Shown piece by piece: positions 18,171 to 28,651 of a DNA stretch of 64,000 nt. The stretch spans positions 950 through 64,949 of the forward strand of contig CAZWYY010000012.1 in assembly GCA_964638895.1 (NCBI GenBank), read 5' to 3'. Made by a program: the position numbers and the translations under genes. This stretch comes from an uncultured Spirochaetaceae bacterium. Its GTDB lineage: Bacteria > Spirochaetota > Spirochaetia > SZUA-6 > RPPD01. The notes beneath the pieces are model-generated. The model had not been told where the DNA came from, searched no databases, and saw only the letters and a list, made by a program, of their open reading frames with translations. Positions within the stretch are counted from its first letter, which is position 1. Every line of letters begins with the position of its first letter.

Positions 18171-19522
18171 TTTGTTTTTGACACGGCTTTTTTGAGTTCG
18201 ATTTCAAAGGGGACAAGGGAGAACCCCAGTTCCCGCCGTATCTTATTCTTCAAATACTGGGTATAGCCCTGAGGGTACCCCCGGATGATATTCAGAAAAA
18301 AGACGAACCTGATGGGATTTACGCTCACCTGGGTCGCATATCGTATTTTTATCCGCCCCTTGTTGCCGGGAATTACATACGCCTTTGTCCAGTCCGCCAG
18401 CTTTCTGTTGAGCAGCGCGGTTTCCACCCGCCGGTGCAGCAGATTCCAGACCCCCACCACGGTATCCAGCATCCGCTCCACACCGGGGCCCTCTTTTGCG
18501 GAAATGGGAATTATGGGCACAAAATCCATAACCGGAAACAGAAAACGTATCCTGTCCTTGAACGCCCGCAGCCGGTTGGGCATCTCAGGAAGCAGGTCCC
18601 ATTTATTGAGCGCCATGACAAGCCCCTTGCCCCTGTGTAGCACCAGCATGCAGATTTTTTTATCCTGTTCGCTTAAGCCTTCCAACGCGTCGACCAACAG
18701 GCAGACCACGTCGCTCTCCGCGATGGAAGCAATGGCCCGGTTCACGGAATAATACTCAATGGCCTCATCCACCTTTTTCTTTCTGCGGATACCGGCCGTA
18801 TCCATCACCCGGATAAGCTTGTGTTTATAGCCGAACATGCCTTCGATGATATCGCGTGTGGTTCCGGGCGTTTCCGAAACGATCGACCGTTCCTCACCAA
18901 GCAGCCTGTTTACCAGGGTCGATTTACCGGTATTGGGTTTGCCTAATACGGCAAGCCGGATCTCGGCCCCGGTCTCCCCGTGTGCCAAAGCCCGTGTCAC
19001 CCCGCGCTTTGCACCTATCATGCTCACGATCTGTTTTTTTAGCTGAGGGATGTTGCGTCCGTGTTCCGCCGACACCCCGATCACATGATTGAAGCCCCAA
19101 CTGTATTTTTCGTATACACCCGCTTCATGCAGCGGATCGTCCACCTTGTTCACCACCAGGATGATTTTGGGGCTGTAGGGGCGCAGCAGTTCCACAAAGG
19201 CCTGGTCCTCGCCGGTGGTCATGTTTGCGTCACTTACCAACAGGGCCACATCAGCGGACTCCACCATAGCGAGGCTTTTTTCCCTTATCTTTTTGTTAAG
19301 CTCATCCTTGTTCAGGGTGAACCCGCCCGTGTCGGTAAGCGTGACCCTTACCCCATCCAGGTCGCAGTCCTTGTCTACGGCGTCGCGGGTTACCCCGGGC
19401 AACGAATCCGTAATGGCCCTGCGCCTGCCCAGCAGCCGGTTGAACAGAGTGGATTTGCCCACATTCGGTCTTCCCAGAATCACGATACGCGGATAATCGG
19501 TCTTAATAGGAGACGAGATCAA
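18167..19522 (-). CDS. der: ribosome-associated GTPase Der (EngA), two G domains + KH-like domain
   Basis: GD1 has GRPNVGKSTLFNRL, DTGG and NKVD. GD2 has GKPNTGKSTLVNRL, DTAG and NKWD. The start is uncertain. I prefer TTG at 19522, 6 nt after a GGAGG. The track's ATG at 19555 would overlap ptsI by 53 nt. Confidence 0.9.
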   Translation of the reverse strand: MISSPIKTDYPRIVILGRPNVGKSTLFNRLLGRRRAITDSLPGVTRDAVDKDCDLDGVRVTLTDTGGFTLNKDELNKKIREKSLAMVESADVALLVSDANMTTGEDQAFVELLRPYSPKIILVVNKVDDPLHEAGVYEKYSWGFNHVIGVSAEHGRNIPQLKKQIVSMIGAKRGVTRALAHGETGAEIRLAVLGKPNTGKSTLVNRLLGEERSIVSETPGTTRDIIEGMFGYKHKLIRVMDTAGIRRKKKVDEAIEYYSVNRAIASIAESDVVCLLVDALEGLSEQDKKICMLVLHRGKGLVMALNKWDLLPEMPNRLRAFKDRIRFLFPVMDFVPIIPISAKEGPGVERMLDTVVGVWNLLHRRVETALLNRKLADWTKAYVIPGNKGRIKIRYATQVSVNPIRFVFFLNIIRGYPQGYTQYLKNKIRRELGFSLVPFEIELKKAVSKTK

Positions 19523-21245
19523 ATTTAGCCTCCATCCAGTCCCGCACGTAATCATCTATGTCCTGGGAAAAATTCATTTTCATAATGACATCCACGAGCT
19601 CTTTGGCTTCCTGCATGCTGACGGAGCGGATGATGCGCTTTATTTCGGGAATACTGAAGGCGCTCATACTAAACTGGTCAAGCCCCAGCCCCAGAAGCAC
19701 GACGGTGGCGAAGGGGTCTCCGGCCATCTCACCGCACATGCCCACCGGGATACCGGCGGCGTGGGCGTTGTCGATCACCAGCTTTATCAGCTTCAGGACA
19801 CCGGGATGGAAGGGATCATAGAGATAGGCTATACGTTCATTATTTCTGTCGACCGCGATGGTGTATTGGATCAGGTCATTGGTCCCGATAGAGAAGAAAT
19901 CGACCTTCTGGGCCAGGATTTCGGAGATCAGCGCGGCGGAGGGCACCTCTATCATAACCCCCACGGGAATATCCTCTTTGAAGGGTATTTTCGCGCTTCG
20001 GAGTTCCTTTTTTAACTGGTCAAGAATATCAAGGGTTTTCAGCAGCTCCTCGATACCGGAGATCATGGGAAACATTATCTTTAGATTACCGTAAATTGAA
20101 GCACGGAGCATGGCCCGTAGCTGCGCCTTAAATATCTCGGGCTTGGCCAGGCAGAACCGAACCGCGCGCCAGCCCAGAATCGGGTTGTCCTCGGTTCCTA
20201 CGTCAAAACCGGGCATCACCTTCTCACCGCCCAGGTCTAACGTGCGGATGGTCACACTTTTCCCGTTCATGCCCTCAAGTACGGTGCGGTAGGTACGGAG
20301 CTGTTCCTCTTCGGAGGGAAAGCTGTTGGGACTCATGTACAGAAATTCGGAACGGAACAGGCCGATCCCATCCGCGCCATGGGCCAGTACGGCCTCCACC
20401 TCTTCGGTGACCTCTATATTCGCCTCGATGCTTATCCTCCGTTTATCGATGGTTTCGGCCTGCATCCGGTTGAGAAGCTGCAGATCCCGTTCATGTTTCT
20501 GCCATTTTACCTGTGAGCTTTTGAATTCTTTGACCGCCTCTTTATCCGGATCAACAATCACCACACCCTGGTTGCCGTCCACAATAACCGTATCGCCGCT
20601 TTTTACATTCTGGCTGAGGTTGGAAAGACCCAACACCGCGGGAATGGCGAAAGACTTGGCGATAATCGCCGTATGCGAGGTCTTGCTTCCCAGATCCAGG
20701 GCAATGGCCTTGACCATCCTTTTATTCATACTGATGGCATCCGACGGCAGCAGGTTGTGGGCCACTATAATCACTTCCTCGGAAAGATCGGCCAGGGAGA
20801 TCCGCTCATGCAGCAATAAATGGCGCATCACCCGTTGTGAGACGTCATGAATATCCGCGGAGCGTTCCTTTAAATAGCTGTCTGTGGAAGAGTTGACCTT
20901 TTCGATAATATTCTCGATCACCTGCAGCAGGATCCATTCCACATTCAGCTTTTTTTCCTGGACTTTTTTACCAATGTCCTCTTTGAACACGGGGTCATGC
21001 AGCATTAACACATGCGAATCAAGTAGTTTTTTTTCTTCCTTGGCCATCTGGTGAGCGTACTTGTCTTTCATATTGAGGATTTCCTGGGCCGCGTTGTCTA
21101 CGGCGGTGAAAAACCGCTGCATCTCCGTCTCCACCTGTCCGACCGAGATGGTGTATTTAGGAACGGCTAATTTTTCTTCTTTAAAGAGGAAAACCTTACC
21201 TTCCACAATACCAGGAGAAACCGATATGCCTTTGTATATATTCAT
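19503..21245 (-). CDS. ptsI: phosphoenolpyruvate-protein phosphotransferase (PTS Enzyme I)
   Basis: 580 aa. The active-site His region is GSKTSHTAIIAKSF. The PEP-utilising TIM-barrel motifs are GLFRSEFLYM and FFSIGTNDLIQY...CGEMAGDP. Confidence 0.93.
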   Translation of the reverse strand: MNIYKGISVSPGIVEGKVFLFKEEKLAVPKYTISVGQVETEMQRFFTAVDNAAQEILNMKDKYAHQMAKEEKKLLDSHVLMLHDPVFKEDIGKKVQEKKLNVEWILLQVIENIIEKVNSSTDSYLKERSADIHDVSQRVMRHLLLHERISLADLSEEVIIVAHNLLPSDAISMNKRMVKAIALDLGSKTSHTAIIAKSFAIPAVLGLSNLSQNVKSGDTVIVDGNQGVVIVDPDKEAVKEFKSSQVKWQKHERDLQLLNRMQAETIDKRRISIEANIEVTEEVEAVLAHGADGIGLFRSEFLYMSPNSFPSEEEQLRTYRTVLEGMNGKSVTIRTLDLGGEKVMPGFDVGTEDNPILGWRAVRFCLAKPEIFKAQLRAMLRASIYGNLKIMFPMISGIEELLKTLDILDQLKKELRSAKIPFKEDIPVGVMIEVPSAALISEILAQKVDFFSIGTNDLIQYTIAVDRNNERIAYLYDPFHPGVLKLIKLVIDNAHAAGIPVGMCGEMAGDPFATVVLLGLGLDQFSMSAFSIPEIKRIIRSVSMQEAKELVDVIMKMNFSQDIDDYVRDWMEAKFDLVSY

Positions 21246-21407
21246 TTGATTTTAGTATAAATTGTTTTTTTTACACTGTCAAACCAAACAGAAACAGGAC
21301 CGCGATGTTTGTGTTGCCCTTTCCAACAGTATATCCCGCGCAATAGGGCGATTAATCCTTGAAGTTAATCTTACAACGGCATACAATGGCGGCAAAGGAG
21401 GTGCACA

Positions 21408-22469
21408 TTGCTTGAGGATCTATTAAAAAACTGGTTTGAGTACGTGGTCTTTGCCGCATTGCTGGCGGGGTCGGTTGTTGCCGGCATTCTGCTGTATCAC
21501 CTGGTCATGCTGATTACCAGAATGGTGGCCAGAAGAACGGCCACCACGATGGACGACATTATCGTAAAAAACATTAAGGGACCGCTGAAACTTCTGCTGC
21601 CCGTTTTGCTTTTCAATCTTGTGCTGCCCTATGTCCGGATAGACAAGTCCGTGCTTGATGCCTGCCGGGAATTATTCATCATCCTGTTCATAGTCTCCTT
21701 TGCCTGGATTCTGTCAAAGACCGTCTCGATTTTGACCGATGTGGTAAAACAGCGCTACCGGGTTGACATAAAGGATAATTTGCGGGCGCGTAAAATACAA
21801 ACCCAGATGCAGGTACTGAAACGGATCATCAGTATCATCATCTATATAATCTCCCTGGCCGTAATTCTGATGCAGTTTGAAGAGATACGGCAGCTGGGCA
21901 CCACGCTCCTGGCTTCGGCCGGACTGGTGGGGTTGATCCTGGGTTTCGCGGCGCAGAGAACCCTCTCCACCCTGGTAGCGGGATTCCAAATCGCCTTTAC
22001 CCAGCCAATCCGCATAGATGACGTGGTAATCGTGGAAAACGAATGGGGCAGAATAGAAGAGATAACGCTTACCTACGTGGTAATAAGAATATGGGACCTA
22101 AGACGCCTTGTGGTGCCCATTTCCTACTTTATCGAGCACCCCTTCCAGAACTGGACGCGGGTTTCGGCCGATATCATCGGCACCGTGTATATATACTGCG
22201 ACTATACCATTCCCTTGGAGGCAGTGCGCATTAAACTGCAGGAGCTTTGTCGGGACTCGGCACTCTGGGATAAAAAGGTATGCGTGCTACAGGTAACCTC
22301 GGCCAAGGAGCAGACAGTTGAGCTGCGCGCATTGGTAAGCGCGGCCGATGCCTCCACATGCTGGGACCTGCGCTGTGAAATCAGGGAAAGGCTTCTAAAA
22401 TTCATTCAGGAAAACTACCGGGAAAGTCTGCCCAGGGTGAGGGCCAGCCTGGATAAATCCCCTGTCTGA
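21408..22469 (+). CDS. MscS-family mechanosensitive channel
   Basis: 353 aa with a TTG start behind AAGGAGGT. It has N-terminal TM helices. The pore-helix/beta-domain region reads LASAGLVGLILGFAAQRTLSTLVAGFQIAFTQPIRIDDVV. Confidence 0.85.
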   Translation: MLEDLLKNWFEYVVFAALLAGSVVAGILLYHLVMLITRMVARRTATTMDDIIVKNIKGPLKLLLPVLLFNLVLPYVRIDKSVLDACRELFIILFIVSFAWILSKTVSILTDVVKQRYRVDIKDNLRARKIQTQMQVLKRIISIIIYIISLAVILMQFEEIRQLGTTLLASAGLVGLILGFAAQRTLSTLVAGFQIAFTQPIRIDDVVIVENEWGRIEEITLTYVVIRIWDLRRLVVPISYFIEHPFQNWTRVSADIIGTVYIYCDYTIPLEAVRIKLQELCRDSALWDKKVCVLQVTSAKEQTVELRALVSAADASTCWDLRCEIRERLLKFIQENYRESLPRVRASLDKSPV

Positions 22470-22572
22470 GCGGGGAATGTATGCGATTGTTTTCCTTTTT
22501 CTTTTGATTTTTTTCTCACACCGGAAGGAATCGGCTTGAACAGTACCCTCTTTCGCTGTACCATAATGTGAG

Positions 22573-23277
22573 ATGCCATACACAATTTTACTTGTAGACG
22601 ACGACAGAATTTTCCGCAGTGAATTCCGTGAGGTTCTTGAAGACAAGTATGAGGTGTTGGAAGCGGCGGGCGGGGAACAGGCCCTTGAAATCCTTAACCA
22701 GCCGAATATCGTGGATCTCGTGATCCTGGATATTAAAATGCCGGGTATGCAGGGTACCGAGGTTTTGAATAAAATCAAGGCCATTAACCCCACCATCCTT
22801 ATTATCATGCTTACCGGTTACGGAACCAAGGAGATCATCATTGAATCACTGCGCTCTCACGCGGATGATTTTCTGGAAAAACCGCTGCAGATTCCCGCCG
22901 CCCTGCAGAGAATAAAGAGGCTGCTCGGCACAAAACAGAAGTACGTAGCCGGTGTGATCAACAAGATAAAATACGCCATTGAAAAAAATTTCCATAAAAA
23001 CATCAGCCTGAAACAGGCGGCTGAAATCGTCTGTCTGAGTCCCAAATACATCTCCAGAATATTTAAAGAGCACACTGGTGTGGGCTTCAACGAATATAAA
23101 CTTGAACTCAAGGTAAAAAGGGCCAAGGAGCTTTTAAGCACCACCGAACTGAATGTTAACCAGATCTCTGACAGAATCGGGTATATGAATGTTGAATCGT
23201 TCATACGTATCTTTAAGCGAATTACCGGGTGTACACCAACGGGTTACAGAAATAAAAAACTCGCCGTACCGCAATGA
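22573..23277 (+). CDS. response regulator with AraC-type HTH output domain
   Basis: 234 aa. The receiver has ILLVDDD, DLVILDIKMPGMQG and LTGY. The C-terminal AraC HTH reads LKQAAEIVCLSPKYISRIFKEHTG...ISDRIGYMNVESFIRIFKRITGCTP. Confidence 0.9.
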   Translation: MPYTILLVDDDRIFRSEFREVLEDKYEVLEAAGGEQALEILNQPNIVDLVILDIKMPGMQGTEVLNKIKAINPTILIIMLTGYGTKEIIIESLRSHADDFLEKPLQIPAALQRIKRLLGTKQKYVAGVINKIKYAIEKNFHKNISLKQAAEIVCLSPKYISRIFKEHTGVGFNEYKLELKVKRAKELLSTTELNVNQISDRIGYMNVESFIRIFKRITGCTPTGYRNKKLAVPQ

Positions 23278-23843
23278 GTTTGTTTATGTATGCGACAGCG
23301 GACACGAAAAACGCTTTTTCACAGCGCTTCGGTACCGTGCTTGATTCCCTAGTTGAACCGTGTATGCTTTGTAACGCATACGGAACCATCCAACGTATGA
23401 ATACCACCGCAGAGGTTGCACTGGGTTGTAACCCCGTGGGTGAAGATTTACGGCAGGTACCGAAGAAAATACAGGAGAGTGAACGAATTATCAACAACCT
23501 ATTACACTATGCACGGATTAAAAAGCCGTGCTTCAAACAGCTACATCTTTATAGTTTTTTAAATGAGAGTATTTCAGGCATACAAACCCGGTTCGCCGAT
23601 GCCGAAGTCAGCCTGAAAAAAGAGTTGGGTGTCTTCAGGGATCTTACCCCCCTCCTTGATCCGTTTCAAATCAGGGAGGTGCTGCTGAATGTTTTGCAGA
23701 ACGCCTGCGAGGCCGTCCGTGACAGGCACGGTGAAATTGTGGTTCAAGATGAAATTTTGCCAACGGATTCGGTTGTTATCAGTATATCCGATAACAAAGG
23801 CACACAGGTGCGGATCTCCCTTCCCCTGGAAAGAAATCTATAA
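23274..23843 (+). CDS. histidine-kinase-derived protein lacking H-box and ATP-lid (degenerate kinase)
   Basis: 189 aa, linked to the upstream regulator by an ATGA overlap. It keeps a PAS-like fragment, the post-H-box helix ERIINNLLHYARIKK, the N-box LLNVLQNACEAV, ISISDN and the terminal GTQVRISLPLE. No phospho-accepting H-box is present, and no G1/F/G2 segment lies between DN and GT. Confidence 0.6.
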   Translation: MSLFMYATADTKNAFSQRFGTVLDSLVEPCMLCNAYGTIQRMNTTAEVALGCNPVGEDLRQVPKKIQESERIINNLLHYARIKKPCFKQLHLYSFLNESISGIQTRFADAEVSLKKELGVFRDLTPLLDPFQIREVLLNVLQNACEAVRDRHGEIVVQDEILPTDSVVISISDNKGTQVRISLPLERNL

Positions 23844-23877
23844 ATACGTTACTATACGGTAAAGGAAAGGATGGCAT

Positions 23878-26730
23878 ATGTTCGGTTTTTTGGGATTTCT
23901 CTGGGTTTCTATAGGGGCACTGCCTCTTATCATTACATTCATACGCTTAACGAAGATAGAGAAAAATCTTATCCCCAAGCGCATCAGAAACGGCGTTATC
24001 ATCTTATTGGCCGATGTCGCCCTGCTGATCGCGATTAATGTTTTTTTCTATTATTATACGGAAATACTCTGGTTTATTCGGTTGGGATTTGAGGGGCGAT
24101 TCTTAACCTCGATATACACCCAAGGCGCCATGTTCGCGGCCGGATTTCTGATCGCCTTTGCGTTTTTGTACGCAAACCTGCGCTACGCCCAAAAAAAACT
24201 CGCGGCCAGCGCTCCCAGGGGCGTATACCTTGTCGCGGTCTTAATCATCTCGGTCATCCACGGGGTGGCCGTCAGCGGGATTTGGTATACCTACCTGCTG
24301 TTTGCCAACCAGGCCCCCTCTACCCTGGTTGATCCGCTGTGGGGAAAGCCGGTGGGGTTTTATTTGTTCGATATCCCATTTTATACCGCGGTGCTGGACT
24401 GGGTCACCTGGCTTATCATCTCCTCCTTTCTTATCAACTTCATACCACTCTTTATCACCCCGCAGGTGCTGGAAAAGGAGTACCTGCGTTCGGACGATTT
24501 CAAACAGAAGGTCGCGCGTTTAAGAATACAGTGGTTGTTTCTGCTGGCGCTTATATTTGTTATTTATGCCGCGTATTCGTATTTGAACATCTACAATATG
24601 ATGCTTACCCGGCACGGCGTGGTCAGCGGTGTGGATTTTGTGGACAACAATTACAGGGCCATGGGGCTCTCCATAACCATCTTCGTGTACCTGGCCACGG
24701 CTTTGGTGCTGTTTTGCTGTTTGTTCATTCCTCGTCTGCGCAAACTTCTTTTAAAAAAGAAGTTCAGCCAGGCCCGGGGTACGGAGACCTTCGCGCCCAG
24801 GGTATTCATTGTTCCCGGGTCGGTGGCGGCCCTGCTTATTGTCTTCAACTTCGTTATCCCTTCCCTCCTGGGAAGCCTGGTGGTGAACCCCAACGAGATT
24901 ACCGTGGAAAAACCATACATCGCAAACAGCATTGACTTTACCAGGCGCGCGTATAATATCCATGGGGAGTCCATGGATGAAAGGTTGTATAACGTGGACA
25001 CCACGCTGCGCAGGTCGGTGATTGAAGAGAACGAGGGCACGCTCGACAATGTGCGGCTGTGGGACTGGCGCGCATTGATGGACAACCTGAAAGAGCAGCA
25101 GGAAATCCGCTCGTATTACTCGTTCCACGACGTTGATATCGACCGGTACATGATCGGGGACCGGTACCGCCAGGTTATGCTGTCCGTGCGGGAGCTTGAC
25201 AAGCGGAACCTGGATCCCAACTCGCAGACATGGGTAAGCCTTAAACTTAAATACACTCACGGCATGGGCCTGGTGCTCCTGCCCGCCCATGAATTTCTGG
25301 AAGAGGGCAAGCCCAAGCTGTTGATCAAAAATATTCCGCCCGAAACCGGGTCCCTGTTCACCATAACCCGCCCCCAGATCTATTACGGGGAAGAGACAAA
25401 CGACCAGGTGTATGTGCATTCCAAAGAAAAGGAGTTCGACTACCCTCTGGGCGACACCAATGTCTATACCCAGTACATGGGCAAGGGGGGAGTTCCGCTG
25501 AACTCCTTTTTCAACAGGTTTGCCTATGCCCTGAAGTTCGATGATTACCGCATGCTTTTCTCCACATATTTTACCGATGAAACCAAGGTGCTTTTCAGAC
25601 GCAATATCCTGGAAAGATTGAGGACCATCGCCCCGTTTCTGATACCCGACGGCGATCCGTACGCGGTACTCACCGCTGACGGCAGGATTATGTATATCAT
25701 CGACACGTATTTTATTTCCGACTCATTCCCTTACTCGGAAAAATATAACGGTGTACTCAGTAATTTTCACGGCATCAATTATATCAGAAATTCGGTCAAG
25801 GTTACGGTGGACGCGTATGACGGTACGATTAAATTTTATATCATGGACAAAAACGATATCCTGCTCGCCACGCATATGAGAATCTTCCCCGGGTTGTTCA
25901 GCCCCTACAGCGAAATGCCGGCGGATATAAAAAAGCATATCCGCTACCCTGAGGATCTGTTTACTATTCAGGCCGATATGTACAGCACCTACCATATGGA
26001 GGAGCCGGAGGTGTTTTACCAGCGTGAGGATGTCTGGACCTTCGCCACGGAGCGGTACCGCCAGGATTTCCAGAACGTTGTTCCGTATTATGTGATGATC
26101 CAGTTCCCCGGGGACAGGCACGTCGAGTTCGTGCTGATGGTGCCCTTTACCCCCAAGAATAAAAACGTGATCAATGCCTGGATGGCCGGCCGATGTGATA
26201 TTCCGCATTACGGAGAACTGGTGGTATACAAGTTTCCCAAAGGAGTGGAGGTTCTGGGGCCCAGGCAGATCGAAGCCAGGATAGACCAGAATACGGAGAT
26301 GTCACAGGATATGACCCTGTGGGGACAACGCGGGTCGGAAGTGATACGCGGAAACCTGTTGGCCATACCCCTGTTCAGCAGTAATGCCCTCACCATTTTC
26401 TACGCCGAACCCATATTCCTGCAGGCCGAGGACGCCAAACTGCCGGAGATGAAACGGGTGGCGCTTGCCGACCAGGCGGACGTTGTCTGGGACCAGGAGT
26501 TTAGCGTAGCCCTAAAAAAACTTGTAGGGGATATAACGGAAACCGCCCCGCAACCCACCGCACAGGCGGCGGCCCTGCCGAATACGGCGGCGGCGAACAG
26601 GCTTCGTGATCTTTTGGCGCAAATACAAGACGCCTTTGATTCCTATAAATCCCTGGCCGCCCAGGGCCGCTTTGCGGAGGCCGGGCAGTACCTGGACAAG
26701 ATAAATGAGCTTATGCAAAACCGGCAATAA
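23878..26730 (+). CDS. UPF0182-family large polytopic membrane protein
   Basis: 950 aa with about 7 N-terminal TM helices and a large soluble domain. Conserved-looking blocks are NVRLWDWRAL...YYSFHDVDIDRY, KYTHGMG and IFYAEPIFLQAEDAKLPEMKRV. The family assignment is from memory (COG1615-type). Confidence 0.7.
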   Translation: MFGFLGFLWVSIGALPLIITFIRLTKIEKNLIPKRIRNGVIILLADVALLIAINVFFYYYTEILWFIRLGFEGRFLTSIYTQGAMFAAGFLIAFAFLYANLRYAQKKLAASAPRGVYLVAVLIISVIHGVAVSGIWYTYLLFANQAPSTLVDPLWGKPVGFYLFDIPFYTAVLDWVTWLIISSFLINFIPLFITPQVLEKEYLRSDDFKQKVARLRIQWLFLLALIFVIYAAYSYLNIYNMMLTRHGVVSGVDFVDNNYRAMGLSITIFVYLATALVLFCCLFIPRLRKLLLKKKFSQARGTETFAPRVFIVPGSVAALLIVFNFVIPSLLGSLVVNPNEITVEKPYIANSIDFTRRAYNIHGESMDERLYNVDTTLRRSVIEENEGTLDNVRLWDWRALMDNLKEQQEIRSYYSFHDVDIDRYMIGDRYRQVMLSVRELDKRNLDPNSQTWVSLKLKYTHGMGLVLLPAHEFLEEGKPKLLIKNIPPETGSLFTITRPQIYYGEETNDQVYVHSKEKEFDYPLGDTNVYTQYMGKGGVPLNSFFNRFAYALKFDDYRMLFSTYFTDETKVLFRRNILERLRTIAPFLIPDGDPYAVLTADGRIMYIIDTYFISDSFPYSEKYNGVLSNFHGINYIRNSVKVTVDAYDGTIKFYIMDKNDILLATHMRIFPGLFSPYSEMPADIKKHIRYPEDLFTIQADMYSTYHMEEPEVFYQREDVWTFATERYRQDFQNVVPYYVMIQFPGDRHVEFVLMVPFTPKNKNVINAWMAGRCDIPHYGELVVYKFPKGVEVLGPRQIEARIDQNTEMSQDMTLWGQRGSEVIRGNLLAIPLFSSNALTIFYAEPIFLQAEDAKLPEMKRVALADQADVVWDQEFSVALKKLVGDITETAPQPTAQAAALPNTAAANRLRDLLAQIQDAFDSYKSLAAQGRFAEAGQYLDKINELMQNRQ

Positions 26731-26794
26731 AAAACAACCAATTTTGTCTGTACTGTGAGGAAGTTAAGCAGTACATTATTGAGGGAGAATAGAT

Positions 26795-28651
26795 ATGAAT
26801 AATCAACCTCCGCAGAATCAGAACCAGGGTGGGCCGCCCCAAAGGCCTGCCGGACTGTCAAACACATGGAAGATCATCGGAGTGATATTCGTTGTTTCGC
26901 TGCTTTTCCCGTGGATAAGCACGTTCTTTTTCGGCGGACCAAATACCATCAGTTATACGGATTTCAAACAGGACATCAAAGACGGCAGTATAAAAAAGAT
27001 CACCATGAAGGGGGACGAGGTCCAAGGGGTAATACAGCAGGCATCGGGCGGTAAAGGGGAACAGAATTTCGTTACCTACCTTCCGGCCTACAATGATCCC
27101 GAGTTGGCGGGGTTGTTGAAAGACGCCAACGTGGAAGTATATACGGAATCCTCACAGGGAACGCCCTGGCTTGCCATCCTGATTAATTTTCTACCCCTGC
27201 TTTTGATCTTCGGATTTTTCTACTACTCCTACCGGCGCATGCAGGGCCAGAACAACCAGATATTCGGGGTGGGGAGAAGCAGGGCCAAGCTTTATGAGCG
27301 CAAAAAGGTGAATACCACCTTTAAGGATGTGGGCGGGATAGACCAGGTAAAGGATGAGCTGACCGAGATCATTTCGTACCTCAGGAACCCGCGTCAGTAC
27401 AGCAAGATCGGGGCCAGGGCGCCCAAGGGCGTGCTTCTGGTGGGTCCGCCCGGTACGGGGAAAACACTGCTGGCCCGGGCGGTTGCGGGTGAGGCCGATG
27501 TGCCTTTTTTCAGCGTTACCGGCTCGGATTTTATGGAAATGTTCGTGGGCGTGGGCGCCTCGCGTGTCCGCAGTCTGTTCAGTGACGCCAAGCGCAGCAC
27601 CCCCAGCATTATTTTTATCGACGAGCTTGATTCCATCGGCAGGCACAGGGGCGCCGGCCTGGGCGGGGGCCATGATGAACGTGAGCAGACCCTAAACCAG
27701 CTTCTCTCCGAAATGGACGGTTTTGAACCGAATGAGGGCGTTGTTATAATCGCGGCCACCAACCGGCCGGATATTCTTGATCCCGCCCTGCTTCGGCCCG
27801 GACGGTTTGACCGCAGGATCACCGTGGACCTTCCCACCCTAAGTGAGCGCCAGGCCATCCTGGCCCTGCATGCACGGAACAAGCCCCTGCAAAAGAACGT
27901 CAGCCTGAAAGAGGCAGCGCAGGGTACCCCGGGGTTCAGCGGCGCCGACCTGTTCAACCTGTTAAACGAGGCCGCGCTCCTGGCCGCCCGCAAGAAAAAG
28001 GACACCATCGGCCCTGATGAGATGTCCGATGCGCGCGATAAAATCATCATGGGCCTTGAGCGCCCCAATCTGGTGCTGACCGAAGAAGAGAAAAAAATTA
28101 TCGCCTTTCACGAGGCCGGTCATACCTTGCTGGCGGCCTTGCTGCCGAATGCCGATCCCATTCATAAGGTATCCCTGATCCCCCGCAGCATGAGCCTGGG
28201 GGTCACCCAGCAGCTTCCGGAAAAGGACAGGTACATCTTTGAGCGCGAGTACCTCATGGATAAACTGACCGTGATGATGGGCGGCCGGGTGGCCGAAGAA
28301 CTCATTTTCAATACCGTAACAAGTGGCTCGGAAAATGATTTAAGGGAGGCCACCAAGATCGCCCGCAGGATGGTGCTGCAATGGGGCATGGGCCAGGGGA
28401 TGAATAATATTTCACTGGGTGATGAGCATCAGCATATTTTCCTGGGCGAAGAGATAGGCAGACCGCGTGAATACAGCGAGGAAACCGCCCGCCAGGTGGA
28501 CGCGGGCATCAAGGCCATTCTTGACGGGGTGTATAAAAAGGCCCGCGATCTTGTGAAAAACAATAACGACAAACTTGAAAAAATCGCCAAGGCCCTGCTT
28601 AAAAAGGAAGTACTTACCGGGAAAGAGGTAAAAAAACTGATTACCGCCTAG
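26795..28651 (+). CDS. ftsH: ATP-dependent zinc metalloprotease FtsH
   Basis: 618 aa. AAA+ motifs are [21 protein letters not shown] and the [22 protein letters not shown]. The Zn site is HEAGHTL. Confidence 0.95.
   Translation: MNNQPPQNQNQGGPPQRPAGLSNTWKIIGVIFVVSLLFPWISTFFFGGPNTISYTDFKQDIKDGSIKKITMKGDEVQGVIQQASGGKGEQNFVTYLPAYNDPELAGLLKDANVEVYTESSQGTPWLAILINFLPLLLIFGFFYYSYRRMQGQNNQIFGVGRSRAKLYERKKVNTTFKDVGGIDQVKDELTEIISYLRNPRQYSKIGARAPKGVLLVGPPGTGKTLLARAVAGEADVPFFSVTGSDFMEMFVGVGASRVRSLFSDAKRSTPSIIFIDELDSIGRHRGAGLGGGHDEREQTLNQLLSEMDGFEPNEGVVIIAATNRPDILDPALLRPGRFDRRITVDLPTLSERQAILALHARNKPLQKNVSLKEAAQGTPGFSGADLFNLLNEAALLAARKKKDTIGPDEMSDARDKIIMGLERPNLVLTEEEKKIIAFHEAGHTLLAALLPNADPIHKVSLIPRSMSLGVTQQLPEKDRYIFEREYLMDKLTVMMGGRVAEELIFNTVTSGSENDLREATKIARRMVLQWGMGQGMNNISLGDEHQHIFLGEEIGRPREYSEETARQVDAGIKAILDGVYKKARDLVKNNNDKLEKIAKALLKKEVLTGKEVKKLITA

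Noticed and set aside
26749-26775. Hairpin TGTACTG-N13-CAGTACA between UPF0182 and ftsH as a terminator or attenuator
   Set aside because: The stem is only 7 bp and AT-rich, the loop is 13 nt, and there is no U-tract. I cannot distinguish it from chance.
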